64,000 nt of DNA, taken from NCBI GenBank assembly GCA_963714975.1, contig CAVQQD010000003.1, positions 512,001 through 576,000 on the forward strand. Reading direction: 5' to 3'. The translations under genes were made by a program, and so were the position numbers. This document shows, in pieces, positions 52,560 through 62,176 of the stretch. Every line of letters starts with the position of its first letter. The first letter of the stretch is position 1. Source of the DNA: an uncultured Gammaproteobacteria bacterium (lineage in GTDB: Bacteria; Pseudomonadota; Gammaproteobacteria; JAURND01). A model generated the notes under the pieces. That model was not told the origin of the DNA, searched no databases, and saw only the letters and a list, made by a program, of their open reading frames with translations.

Positions 52560-53374
52560 GCATTGTTCCTCGTTGCAGTGGAGGCGGTGGTCAGGAGCGC
52601 ATTATTTGCTTGCAGATTATGTTCTAATGAAATGTGCATTGCGAAATAAATAATCGCACTGGTAATAATCGTAGAAAATAAAATCCCGAGCCGCAGCAAA
52701 AATGGGTGACGACCTTGTTCTTGAGAAAGAGTGGGTGGGATGCTGATTTCTAATTGCTTGGAAACTTCGCCGCGATGATGTTGGATATTGTGATACAAAG
52801 TATCGCGGATTTGCGTTAATAATAGATGACCACGTTCTAGATAACGGTATTCACCTTCAAATCCTAAACTCACGCAAAGATAGAGTAATTCTAGTAAATC
52901 AATATAAGTGGGAATGTCTTGTAAGCAATGATTGAGAATTAGAAAAAAAGATTTTTCTTCTTGTGAGGCCGAAGTCTCTGGGTCAATCAGCGGCTGTTTA
53001 TGCCATTCTTGTTGTTTCCCCCACGGAGTATTGAGAATCATTTCATCTATCCACAGGCAAATCACATAACGTGCTGCTAAGATGTAGTGGGGCCGGTAAC
53101 CATGAGATTGGGCCTGGTTTTCAAAAGCTTTGATTTCATGCCTTAAATCTTCGCGGAGTTTGAGTAAGTCGGGTAGGAAATCTACCCCTTGCGTTTTTTC
53201 GACTAAAAAAAATAGCGGGGAAGCTGATGCAATAAGCGGATTGATCCCTATCTTACTCACGAAAGCTTTTGAGCGGTAATAAGGCTGCTGTTCCAGTGCA
53301 TTATGGGGTGCTTCATCGATCAGATGTTGAGCGCCATTCTCAGCCCAATTAATTTGGTATTGTTTGATTTCCAT
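52556..53374 (-). CDS. icmH: IcmH/DotU (TssL-like)
   Basis: NPLIASASPL, ARYVICLWIDE, DLLELLYLCVSLGFEG; C-terminal TM. Confidence 0.9.
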   Translation of the reverse strand: MEIKQYQINWAENGAQHLIDEAPHNALEQQPYYRSKAFVSKIGINPLIASASPLFFLVEKTQGVDFLPDLLKLREDLRHEIKAFENQAQSHGYRPHYILAARYVICLWIDEMILNTPWGKQQEWHKQPLIDPETSASQEEKSFFLILNHCLQDIPTYIDLLELLYLCVSLGFEGEYRYLERGHLLLTQIRDTLYHNIQHHRGEVSKQLEISIPPTLSQEQGRHPFLLRLGILFSTIITSAIIYFAMHISLEHNLQANNALLTTASTATRNNA

Positions 53375-53460
53375 ATTGGAGTACCCCTTACAATAAACCT
53401 TAGAAACCCGGATTATAGGAGAAGGAGAGGAAAAAAGACACTAGGAGGTGCTTAGCTAAG

Positions 53461-53596
53461 GGCTCGTCGTCCCTTCTTTGTCGTCCCGAGCGAAGCGAGG
53501 GATCTCCTGCAACTGGCATGGAGATCCCTCGTCGCAAGCTCCTCGGGATGACGAGAGGCGCCGTGGATCCCGGCATCCATGCCGGGATGACGAGCC
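53461..53596. repeat. Family B REP-like composite (cgtcccgagcgaagcgagggatct / cgggatgacg)
   Basis: Nested hairpins with terminal ggctcgtcgtccc...gggatgacgagcc; related copy at 62103-62160. Confidence 0.8.
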
Positions 53597-53601
53597 GGCC
53601 T

Positions 53602-54510
53602 CTATCCTTTCGTTACCAAGTTCACAAAAACATCTTCCAAATTAGGGGAAATCTTTTGCCAATGCCGCTGATCTGATTGAAACAAGGCTAACGAGCTTGC
53701 CAGGTCTGCTTCAGCAGGGTAACTCAGATGTAAACTATTTCCAAAAGCACTTACCTGCCATTGCCTGGAGTGTTGATGCAATTGTCTGGATAATTCGTCG
53801 AGATTTGTGCCCGAGATTTGCCAGGTAATCAAATTGGCCTGCTGAATCATCTCCTCGGGAGTGCCTTGGGTTTGTAACACCCCATCTAAAATATAGGCCA
53901 AGCGATGACAGCGTTCTGCTTCATCCATGTAGTGAGTACTGACTAAAGCCGTAATGCCTTGTTCACCTAAGAGATGAATCTGATCCCAAAAATCGCGGCG
54001 TGCTTTGGGATCCACTCCCGCAGTCGGTTCATCAAGCAATAACAATTGTGGCTGATGAATTAAGGCTGCTGCTAAAGACAAGCGTTGTTTCCACCCCCCA
54101 GACAAAGTACCCGCCAACTGGTTGCTGCGATGCTGCAAACCTAAGCCGATGATGCTTTGCTCCACCCGTTGTTTGCGCTCGGGAAGTTGATACAGTTCAC
54201 AAACAAAATTTAAATTTTCATAAATGCTAAGATCTTCATACAAACTAAAATGCTGCGGCATGTAGCCTACTTGACGTTTAATTTGATAGGATTCCGTTAA
54301 AATATTATAGCCCAGGCACCGTCCCTCACCCGAATCAGGAATTAATAAACCACACAACATACGAATAGTAGTGGTCTTGCCACTGCCGTTAGGTCCAAGA
54401 AAACCAAAAATTTCACCGCGATTAATTCGCAAGGAAATACTTTGCACCGCTGGATTGCCTGCAAAGCTTTTCGATAAATTTCGGATATCAATGACGGGTG
54501 TTGTCGGCAT
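53602..54510 (-). CDS. ABC transporter ATP-binding protein (ABC-2 type)
   Basis: GPNGSGKTT, LSGG, LLLDEP and STHYMDEAE motifs. Confidence 0.92.
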   Translation of the reverse strand: MPTTPVIDIRNLSKSFAGNPAVQSISLRINRGEIFGFLGPNGSGKTTTIRMLCGLLIPDSGEGRCLGYNILTESYQIKRQVGYMPQHFSLYEDLSIYENLNFVCELYQLPERKQRVEQSIIGLGLQHRSNQLAGTLSGGWKQRLSLAAALIHQPQLLLLDEPTAGVDPKARRDFWDQIHLLGEQGITALVSTHYMDEAERCHRLAYILDGVLQTQGTPEEMIQQANLITWQISGTNLDELSRQLHQHSRQWQVSAFGNSLHLSYPAEADLASSLALFQSDQRHWQKISPNLEDVFVNLVTKG

Positions 54511-55495
54511 GTAAATAAACATCAACGGGTTGACCTGGATAAAAATGTTTCGCCGTTTCCAGGGATAATCTGGCTTCGATGCGATATACCAATTTTTGCC
54601 GGCTTTCTTCGCTAAAAATCACCGGCGGTGTATATTCCACTTGCGGGGAAATATAATAAATCCATGCTTGCTCCCTTTGGCGACAGCCATCGCACTGAAA
54701 ATACACTATTTGCCCAACCGCCAGTTGACTTCGTTGTGGTTCAGGGATGTAAAAAATAAGTTTGATATCTTTAGGTGCTAATAAAGCGGCTACGGGTTGC
54801 TGCGAATTCACAAATTCCCCTACTTTATAATAGGTATCAAAAATGCGGCCCGAAGTGGGAGCATAATTAGTTTTCTGGATTAATTGCCAAGCGTATTTGG
54901 CAACATTCGCTTTAGCAGCCGACACATTTTGCTGCTGAGCGTAAATGGCATGTTCACGTGCTCCTTGGCGGGCTTCCGCTAAATTTGCTTCATACTGGTG
55001 GACTAGGTGCAGGTCACGATCGTAATTTGCTTGTGCTTGATCTAATACCGCTTTACCAATCGCACCTTGTTTGTATAAGTCTTGATCACGCTTTAAGGTA
55101 ACAGTGGCATATTCTAAATTAGCTTGTGCTTGTTTCTGTTGATCGATAATTGCTTGTAAAACAGTAAAACGTTGTGCAGTTTTTAAGTCCGACAATATCT
55201 CTTCGGCGTGCGCCAACTGGTATTGGGCTTGATGTAGTTCAGAAAGCTCTGGCTCGCTATCCAAAACAAACAGTAATTGGTTTTGCCTAACCAAATCGCC
55301 CCGAGTGATATAGAGCTGTTTTAATATCCCTGAATAATTCGAGGCCAGATAAATATATTCGCCTTCAATGTAGCCTTGCAACGAAGTTTCACGTGAACAC
55401 CCTACCAAGGCACATAAAATTGTAATGGCAGCCATCCAATGAAGCGTTTGGCGCACAGGCTTTCTCCCTTTTGGTATTTGTACAGTATAGTACAA
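54488..55495 (-). CDS. HlyD-family membrane fusion protein
   Basis: LVGC lipobox-like, QGYIEG, coiled coil, EYTPP motif. Confidence 0.88.
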   Translation of the reverse strand: MYYTVQIPKGRKPVRQTLHWMAAITILCALVGCSRETSLQGYIEGEYIYLASNYSGILKQLYITRGDLVRQNQLLFVLDSEPELSELHQAQYQLAHAEEILSDLKTAQRFTVLQAIIDQQKQAQANLEYATVTLKRDQDLYKQGAIGKAVLDQAQANYDRDLHLVHQYEANLAEARQGAREHAIYAQQQNVSAAKANVAKYAWQLIQKTNYAPTSGRIFDTYYKVGEFVNSQQPVAALLAPKDIKLIFYIPEPQRSQLAVGQIVYFQCDGCRQREQAWIYYISPQVEYTPPVIFSEESRQKLVYRIEARLSLETAKHFYPGQPVDVYLHADNTRH

Positions 55496-55527
55496 CCCCT
55501 GAGCATTTTAGGCTATTACTCAAGCAC

Positions 55528-56349
55528 CTAAGCGCGTCTGATGGCATCGATAGGAATGATAACGTCATTATTATTAGACCTTGGGGATAATCGACAAGCA
55601 TGGCCATAGACGATCTCAAAGCTAAGGGGTAACTTTCCTTCAGTGTCACGAAATTCTTCGTAAGCATCAAGATTGGGCTTGCATTCTGGATGGAGCAAAG
55701 TCATGGCCTGGCTATCTGCCAATAAAGTATGAACATGGTCATAAGTTAAAGTCAAAAATTCCATATCCACTACTGGATCAGCAAACTCAGCTTGCTTTAG
55801 CACATCGCCCACTTCATGCAAATCAAGAAAACTGGGTAGCTGTGAAACGGCATTGATCCCCTCAAAACTGCTGCGTAATTCATAAAGTGTGTCCGGCCCA
55901 AACGAAGAAAATAAAAATAACCCGCCTGGTTTCAAAATTCGGTAGGTTTCGGCAAAAATGTCTGCCATATTCTCGCACCAAGGTAACATCTCGTTAGAAA
56001 TCACTAAATCAACCGATTGCCCTAAGAGGGGTAGTTGCTCTGCTTCCGCACCAATAAGCAAAGGAATAGTAGGCGTTGTTAATGAATTTTGTGCTGTTAT
56101 TTGTTTTAGCATTGGCAGAGAAAAGTCGATAGTAATGATCTGCGCTACGGGGTATTTTTTCTGCAATAATGCGCTAACATAGCCAGTACCTGAGCCAAGA
56201 TCAACAATGGTCTGTGGCTGCAAATGAACAAAATCCAAGCGTTCAATCAGGCGGTCGCCGATTTCACGAAATAGCATTGCTGCAGAATCATAACTTGCTG
56301 CGGCTTGGTCAAACAGCTGTTGTAACAAAGGTTTTGGCAATAAACCCAT
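55528..56349 (-). CDS. bioC: Malonyl-ACP O-methyltransferase BioC-like
   Basis: VDLGSGTG, SSFGPDTLYEL, DPVVDME; divergent from comF. Confidence 0.82.
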   Translation of the reverse strand: MGLLPKPLLQQLFDQAAASYDSAAMLFREIGDRLIERLDFVHLQPQTIVDLGSGTGYVSALLQKKYPVAQIITIDFSLPMLKQITAQNSLTTPTIPLLIGAEAEQLPLLGQSVDLVISNEMLPWCENMADIFAETYRILKPGGLFLFSSFGPDTLYELRSSFEGINAVSQLPSFLDLHEVGDVLKQAEFADPVVDMEFLTLTYDHVHTLLADSQAMTLLHPECKPNLDAYEEFRDTEGKLPLSFEIVYGHACRLSPRSNNNDVIIPIDAIRRA

Positions 56350-57073
56350 GCAAATAAACCTCTTTTCTCAATGGATCAAATTTATCTATAACTGGCTGTT
56401 GCCATCTTCATGTGTCTTGTGCAAGGAGCGTACGCGCCATGAGCTGTTATGCGCTCCCTGTTATCAAGAATTGCCGTGGTTACAAAACTCCTGCTCTCGC
56501 TGCGCCAGGGAGCTGGCAACAGATGCTAAATCACTAATCTGTGGATCCTGCCTGCAAAATCCACCACCCTATGATAACAGCTTCGCGTTATTTAGCTACC
56601 AAGCGCCGGTAAGCAACTTCATATTAGCTTTAAAATTTCATAAGAAATTAGTTTATGCCAGATTGCTCGGAGAAATCTTAGCAAAAAAAGCCCAGGCGCA
56701 TTACCAAGATCGCTCTAAGCCAGAATTAATTATTCCCGTGCCCTTGCATCGTCGTCGGTTACAAGCAAGGGGTTATAATCAAGCCCTAGAATTGGCTTTG
56801 CCGCTGGCGAGGCAACTAAACTTGCCCCTGGCGAGAACACGCTGCGCTCGGGTTATTAATACCAACTCCCAATCTTCAACACCGGCTAACCAGCGCCAGC
56901 ACAATGTGCGCAATGCTTTCGTGGCCGATCCTTCACTAAAAAATCGCCATATTTTATTGGTGGATGATGTGATCACGACCGGGAGCACTGTAGCGGAACT
57001 GTGTCAGGCATTACGTGCTGTCGGTGTTGCGAGTATCGATGTGTGGTCTTGTGCTCGCACCTTTCTTAAATAA
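56348..57073 (+). CDS. comF: ComF/GntX phosphoribosyltransferase-like protein
   Basis: CxxC pairs, PVPLH, RGYNQ and LVDDVITTGST motifs. Confidence 0.9.
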   Translation: MQINLFSQWIKFIYNWLLPSSCVLCKERTRHELLCAPCYQELPWLQNSCSRCARELATDAKSLICGSCLQNPPPYDNSFALFSYQAPVSNFILALKFHKKLVYARLLGEILAKKAQAHYQDRSKPELIIPVPLHRRRLQARGYNQALELALPLARQLNLPLARTRCARVINTNSQSSTPANQRQHNVRNAFVADPSLKNRHILLVDDVITTGSTVAELCQALRAVGVASIDVWSCARTFLK

Positions 57074-57215
57074 ATTAAACTAATATTAAGTAAAAAAATT
57101 AAAATTTTTAATGTCTCTTAATAAACTCATAAGAATTACATGTTATGATTCCGCGCTTTCGTAGGGAAAGGTCGATAGATCAGGAATTGTTAATTACTAT
57201 AGAGAGGTTAATAGC

Positions 57216-58424
57216 GTGGAAAACAAAAGTGTTACAGTGACTACAGCAGACAAACAAAGTGGTCGTAAGGTTTTAGGAGATATCACCAACCTAGCCGTCC
57301 CTTCTGAAGCCAAAAATCCAAAAGCAGAAAATAGCAATAACAAACTTCAAAAATCCTCAAGTAGCTTAGGTGAGTCTACTCGAAAGATATTGGCAGAGTT
57401 AACAGGTGATGTGGATAAAAACAATAAGCTTCTCAGCCATAAATTACAATTTTTATCTCGATTAACCTTAGCAGCGTACGAAAAAAGAGTGAGTTCTCTC
57501 ATTGAGGGAGGAGATAGCCAGCTGCAGAAGAAAAAAACTCTACAAACCCGAAATGAGATACTTGCTCTTTTAGATCAAGGTGCCAATATGAATACAGTAA
57601 TACAAAACCTGGTAGCGGATACCAATAAAAAAATCAAAACCTATGGCAAGGATCAAGAAAAAGTACGTCAAACCTTGGAATTTATCCAATGGGTCATTGA
57701 GGATGCCCAAATACTGAGCGAAGACCATGCAAAAAGTCGGGAGAATCAAGAAAGTAAGGTCGCTACTCCCACAAATCCAAAGGAAATTAGCGCTGAAAAA
57801 GTCACTAGAGAGCAAACTGAAACAAAATCAGCAATGACTACAGCTCCTGCTCTAAATAAAAATCTCTATGAGAAATTAGTATCATTTTTTAAGACAAACT
57901 CAAAAATCTATAACAAGAAGGACTTTCATAGTCTGATCGAGAAAGGAAATAGATTACATCAAAAAAAATATAATGAAATCGAACAATCTCGTGATGAAAT
58001 ATTGGACCTTTTAAACGAAGGCGCTAATATAGACAAGGTGGTACAAATGTTGTCAACGCGGGTAGAGAACAGAAAAAACACCTATAACAATAATCAACGG
58101 AAAATAAATAAAGCAGATGAATCTTTAGCAGGGATTATTGAGGTTGCCAACCTATTTAGCAAAGTATTTGTAGAAACTCAGAAGAATGAGGATATTGCTT
58201 CTTCAATTCCAGAGCATACCAGTCAAGAGTCTGCAGTTTATGACGGAAGTTTTTTCTCGCCAAAGAATGAAGGAGTTACACTGAACCCTGCAGCAGAAAA
58301 AGCAGTGGAAAAAGTTGTGCTAGAACCGACTGATGCTCAGCCAACAACGACTACGACTGCGCCTGTTCTGGAGAATTCTAAACAAATTTCTTCAAATCAT
58401 TCTGCGTTGTGTCTAGTAATGTGA
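57216..58424 (+). CDS. Repeat-containing candidate effector A (D-box-like motif, CaaX end)
   Basis: RKVLGDITN; two LL(D/N)xGAN helical repeats; ends CLVM*. Confidence 0.72.
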   Translation: MENKSVTVTTADKQSGRKVLGDITNLAVPSEAKNPKAENSNNKLQKSSSSLGESTRKILAELTGDVDKNNKLLSHKLQFLSRLTLAAYEKRVSSLIEGGDSQLQKKKTLQTRNEILALLDQGANMNTVIQNLVADTNKKIKTYGKDQEKVRQTLEFIQWVIEDAQILSEDHAKSRENQESKVATPTNPKEISAEKVTREQTETKSAMTTAPALNKNLYEKLVSFFKTNSKIYNKKDFHSLIEKGNRLHQKKYNEIEQSRDEILDLLNEGANIDKVVQMLSTRVENRKNTYNNNQRKINKADESLAGIIEVANLFSKVFVETQKNEDIASSIPEHTSQESAVYDGSFFSPKNEGVTLNPAAEKAVEKVVLEPTDAQPTTTTTAPVLENSKQISSNHSALCLVM

Positions 58425-58447
58425 CTATTCAGCGGATACCACAGGTT

Positions 58448-58555
58448 TAAACGTGCCCGATTGCGTGCCCGTGCTCGGGATGACGGCATGGGCACGCAAT
58501 CGGGCACGTTTAGATTCGGACGACGAGCCTTAAATGAGTTGTGTGCATTGGATAG
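58448..58555. repeat. Perfect 23-bp-arm palindrome plus a degenerate ctatcc-MITE end
   Basis: taaacgtgcccgattgcgtgccc and its reverse complement at 58490-58512; ttgtgtgcattggatag at 58539-58555. Confidence 0.8.
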
Positions 58556-58658
58556 TTTCAAGAGGGGATACTATGTGTTTCCTTTGAAAAATAGGGAGAT
58601 ATTTAGGGAAGTATAATAGATCAGGACTTGTTAATTACTATAAAGAGAGGTTAATAAC

Positions 58659-59879
58659 GTGGAAAACAAAAGTGTAACTACAACAGACAAGCAAAGTGCT
58701 CGTAAATTTTTAGGAGATATTGCCAATCTACCTGTCCATTCTGAAGTCAAAAATCCAAAAAGTACCTCAGGCACGAGTCAGTCTACTCAAAAGATATTGG
58801 CAGGATTAACAGCGGATGCGGATAGAAATAATGAGCTTCTCAGCGCTAAATTACAATTTGTATCTCAATTAACTATAGCAGCGAGTGAAAGAAGAGTGAG
58901 TTCTCTCATTACAGGAGGAGAAGAGAACGCGACAGCAGAAGAGTTGGCAGGAGGAGAGAGCGCGCAAAAAAAGAAAATATTACAAACCCGTGATGAAATA
59001 TTTGACCTTTTAGATCAAGGCGCCAATATGGATACGGTAATTGAAAACCTGGAAACAGATTTTGATGAAATGCCTGAAGAAATAAAGCGAAGCATAGACA
59101 GTATCGATGAAGAAGCATTGAATGAAATAGACCTATGGAGAAGCGGAAAATTGAAAGTACCAACGTTGAAAAACTGGAATTTATCCGAATCCGAAATAAT
59201 AAATCAAAGAGAGAAATTTATTAAATGGGTCAAGCAAGACGCTCAAATACTTAGCGAAGATTATGCAGAAAGTCGGAAAACCCCCGATGAAAAGCTTTAT
59301 ACACAACTAAAAAATTTTTCTAGATTAACTTTAGCAGTGAAGCAGGGAAGGGTGAGTTCTCTCATTGAGAATGAACATCGTGGCCAGCCCAAGCAAAGCC
59401 TCGTTGCCATTCAAGAAGAGCAAACAAAACAAACCGCGCAAAAAATATTTGACCTTTTAGATCAAGGCGCCAATATGAATAAGGCGGTATCAAAGTTAGT
59501 AAAAACAACCAATGAAACAATAAAGTCTTATCCAGAGCAAAGCCAAGCCACACGTGATTTTTTCGGATGGGCTATTGGGGAGGCCCAAAAAATTCAGAAA
59601 ATATGGAATGAAACTCCGAAAAGTCAGGAGAATAAGAGCAGTGCTTCCTCAAATCGAGAGCAAACCCGTACTGAGGGGGTCACTACACTGCAGACTGGAA
59701 CTTCATCAAATCCCAGTGTTTCGGACAAAAATGACAGTTTTTTCCAGCCGAAGAACAAGCAGAACCTAAGTGGGAAGGAGTCCCGGCTGAATTCTATACC
59801 GGAAGTAGAAGAACCTAAGAAAGTCATTAACAGCCAGACTGAAGCAACAACCAATACGAGTACTTCTGCTGCTCTGTAG
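58659..59879 (+). CDS. Repeat-containing candidate effector B, paralog of 57216
   Basis: Shared leader and MENKSVT start; RKFLGDIAN; two SxLTxA...RVSSLI...LLDQGANM repeats. Confidence 0.72.
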   Translation: MENKSVTTTDKQSARKFLGDIANLPVHSEVKNPKSTSGTSQSTQKILAGLTADADRNNELLSAKLQFVSQLTIAASERRVSSLITGGEENATAEELAGGESAQKKKILQTRDEIFDLLDQGANMDTVIENLETDFDEMPEEIKRSIDSIDEEALNEIDLWRSGKLKVPTLKNWNLSESEIINQREKFIKWVKQDAQILSEDYAESRKTPDEKLYTQLKNFSRLTLAVKQGRVSSLIENEHRGQPKQSLVAIQEEQTKQTAQKIFDLLDQGANMNKAVSKLVKTTNETIKSYPEQSQATRDFFGWAIGEAQKIQKIWNETPKSQENKSSASSNREQTRTEGVTTLQTGTSSNPSVSDKNDSFFQPKNKQNLSGKESRLNSIPEVEEPKKVINSQTEATTNTSTSAAL

Positions 59880-60056
59880 GGAACAACAAATAATTTCCCC
59901 CTTTGAAAAAGGGGAATTAAGGAGGATTTAAAAAGATGAGGATACTAACATTATTTTTGTTAGTACACAATGCTTCTTTAAATCCCCCCTAACCCCCCTT
60001 TTGCAAAGGGGGGGATTTCTTTTAGGCCCCCTTTTGCAAAGGGGGTAGAGGGATTT
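59872..60056. repeat. Family D composite repeat; supplies the stop codon of the upstream gene
   Basis: Matches 17317-17384; several ccccc/ggggg hairpins. Confidence 0.8.
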
Positions 60057-60133
60057 TTCCTCCAGGGAATCGACGTGGCTTCGACTCACTCTCCGTGATA
60101 GAATTTGCTTCTTTTAGATTCAAGGATGCAATT

Positions 60134-60751
60134 ATGGAACTACGTGAAGCGTTACGACAAATGCCGTTAATCGCGGTTCTTTCAAACATTTCGTCCGCGG
60201 AAATCCTACCAATTGCCCAAGCACTCGTGAATACAGGAATTACTTGCCTGGCGGTATCGATAAACTCAGGGGCTGAGGCACTTGCAAGTATTCAATTATT
60301 AACTGAATATTTTGGCAACAAAATTCTTTTGGGAATGGATGGAGCAGTGACAACTGAGCAACTACAAGGTGTCGCGCAATGTAAAGCGCAATTTATCATG
60401 ACCTACCATACTAATCCTGCGCTCATCCAAATCGCTAAAGAGTTGAATTTATATTGCATTCCTGGGTTTAGTTCGCCTACTGAAGCATTTTCTGCAATCG
60501 CAGCGGATGCAGATGCGTTGCAAATATATCCTTGTCCTCCTCCTTTCACCATCAAGGCATTAAAAGCAGTTCTGCCTGTAGAAACGTTACTGATTGCAGG
60601 CAAGGGCAGCAATTCAGAGGCAATTCCTCTTTATTTTCAAGCGGGGGTTAATGCTTTTGTGGTGGAACAAGAGCTTGAGGTCGAAGGAGATACCCTTGAG
60701 ACGATTACTTATAAAACCAGAGCATTAGCAGCGATCATTCGCAGTTTGTAA
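60134..60751 (+). CDS. KDPG/KDPGal aldolase-family (DgoA-like) protein, apparently lacking catalytic residues
   Basis: PLIAVL, PGFSSPTEAF, KALKAVLP; the canonical LKxFP reads LQIYP. Confidence 0.75.
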   Translation: MELREALRQMPLIAVLSNISSAEILPIAQALVNTGITCLAVSINSGAEALASIQLLTEYFGNKILLGMDGAVTTEQLQGVAQCKAQFIMTYHTNPALIQIAKELNLYCIPGFSSPTEAFSAIAADADALQIYPCPPPFTIKALKAVLPVETLLIAGKGSNSEAIPLYFQAGVNAFVVEQELEVEGDTLETITYKTRALAAIIRSL

Positions 60752-60840
60752 CCATTCAGCATAGGCAACCTAGACTCATAGCTGCCTGTTTTTCCCAACT
60801 TTGACAATGTGGTAAATAGTTACCGCAGTTTAAATTGAGG

Positions 60841-61482
60841 TTAAATCCAATAGGCTGTTTTAGTCATCACTTTTGAAAACACTTGCATGGCCCGCTTCAC
60901 CCATGTCGGTAATTCTGCGGCGCCAGCGGTTTGCGCCACAGTGGCATGATGCGCTTCGTCTTCACACATTTGTTCTAATATTGCGCGACTTTTCTGATCA
61001 GTTTTAGGCAGTTGGCCTAAATGTTGCTGCAAATGATTAACCACTTGCCGTTCCGTTTCTGCCACAAAACCCAGGCTCCATTTATCTCCTGCTAATCCAG
61101 CCACCGCACCAATCGTAAAAGAACCAATATACCAAAAAGGGCTAAGATAACTGCGATGAGAATCCAATTGCTGCAGTCGATTTTGACACCAAACTAAATG
61201 ATCTAATTCTTCGTTTGCCGAATGCCACATCGCTTCTTTTACTACTGTGGTTTTTGCTGTCAATGCTTGAGCTTGATACAACGCGCGCGCGCTGATTTCT
61301 CCGGCATGATTCACCCGCATCAGACCTGCGCTATGGGCATGCTCGGGTGCAGAAAGTTCGGCCTCTGCCAATGAATCTGCGGGATTTTGTCGAGTCGAGT
61401 TGATAGGGACTAAAAATGCTCGCAAAGCCCAATCCGCTTGCATTACACAATGGTCTACAAAAGAATAATGACGTTTTTTCAT
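60841..61482 (-). CDS. coq7: Demethoxyubiquinone hydroxylase (di-iron)
   Basis: MRVNHAGE, ELDH, ETERQV..HL and EDEAHH motifs. Confidence 0.93.
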   Translation of the reverse strand: MKKRHYSFVDHCVMQADWALRAFLVPINSTRQNPADSLAEAELSAPEHAHSAGLMRVNHAGEISARALYQAQALTAKTTVVKEAMWHSANEELDHLVWCQNRLQQLDSHRSYLSPFWYIGSFTIGAVAGLAGDKWSLGFVAETERQVVNHLQQHLGQLPKTDQKSRAILEQMCEDEAHHATVAQTAGAAELPTWVKRAMQVFSKVMTKTAYWI

Positions 61483-61486
61483 GAGC

Positions 61487-62092
61487 TTATTTCCCTTTCG
61501 AGGCTGCTAAATTCAAATATAAATGATGTAATTTACTGATTGATTCTGCTAAATAAGCCAGATCTCGATCATTGACAATCACATCATCTGCCATTTTAAG
61601 GCGTTGAGCACGAGTGGCTTGTGAAGCCAAAATACGATTTACTTCTTCTTCAGTCAAGTTATCGCGAGCAATGGTGCGTTTGATTTGTATTTTTTCCGGT
61701 GCGTCCACCAATAAAATTCGATCTACCAGGGTATAAGGGTCAGTAGCCTCGATTAGTAACGGAATCACAATAATAGAATAAGGCGCGGCTTCATGCGCTA
61801 ATAAATGCTGAATCTCTTGGATAATTAGCGGATGTAATAATGCTTCCAGCCAGCGCCGCTCAGCGGGATCAGCAAAAATAATCTGTCGTAAGCGACTACG
61901 ATTTAAATCACCTGCTGCATTAGCTACTTCGGCCCCAAAATGTTGCACAATTTGCGTTACTATTTTCGTATCGTTCACTACTTGGCGGGCAATTACATCC
62001 GCATCAATCACAGGTATGGCAAGATCGGCAAATAGCTTAGCCACTGACGACTTGCCACTGCCAATACCACCTGTCAATCCGATTTTGAGCAT
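61487..62092 (-). CDS. coaE: Dephospho-CoA kinase
   Basis: IGLTGGIGSGKS, IDADVIAR, LHP and IPLLIE motifs. Confidence 0.95.
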   Translation of the reverse strand: MLKIGLTGGIGSGKSSVAKLFADLAIPVIDADVIARQVVNDTKIVTQIVQHFGAEVANAAGDLNRSRLRQIIFADPAERRWLEALLHPLIIQEIQHLLAHEAAPYSIIVIPLLIEATDPYTLVDRILLVDAPEKIQIKRTIARDNLTEEEVNRILASQATRAQRLKMADDVIVNDRDLAYLAESISKLHHLYLNLAASKGK

Positions 62093-62102
62093 ATTAACCC
62101 AC

Positions 62103-62160
62103 CCCTCGGGGTTATCCTGAGCACTCCTCGGGGTCATCCCGAGCAACGGCGAGGGATCTC
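62103..62160. repeat. Family B REP-like hairpin between pilD and coaE
   Basis: gtcatcccgagcaacggcgagggatctc. Confidence 0.7.
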
Positions 62161-62176
62161 GCGCCACTTCTGACAA

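Noticed and set aside
49359-53374. Type VI secretion system (tssM/tssL)
   Set aside because: No other T6SS genes are present; icmF/icmH are standard Dot/Icm components and dot genes are adjacent.
53400-55495. Novel two-gene exporter (HlyD + ABC ATPase without permease)
   Set aside because: The permease is probably elsewhere, separated at the repeat cluster; this cannot be judged from the window.
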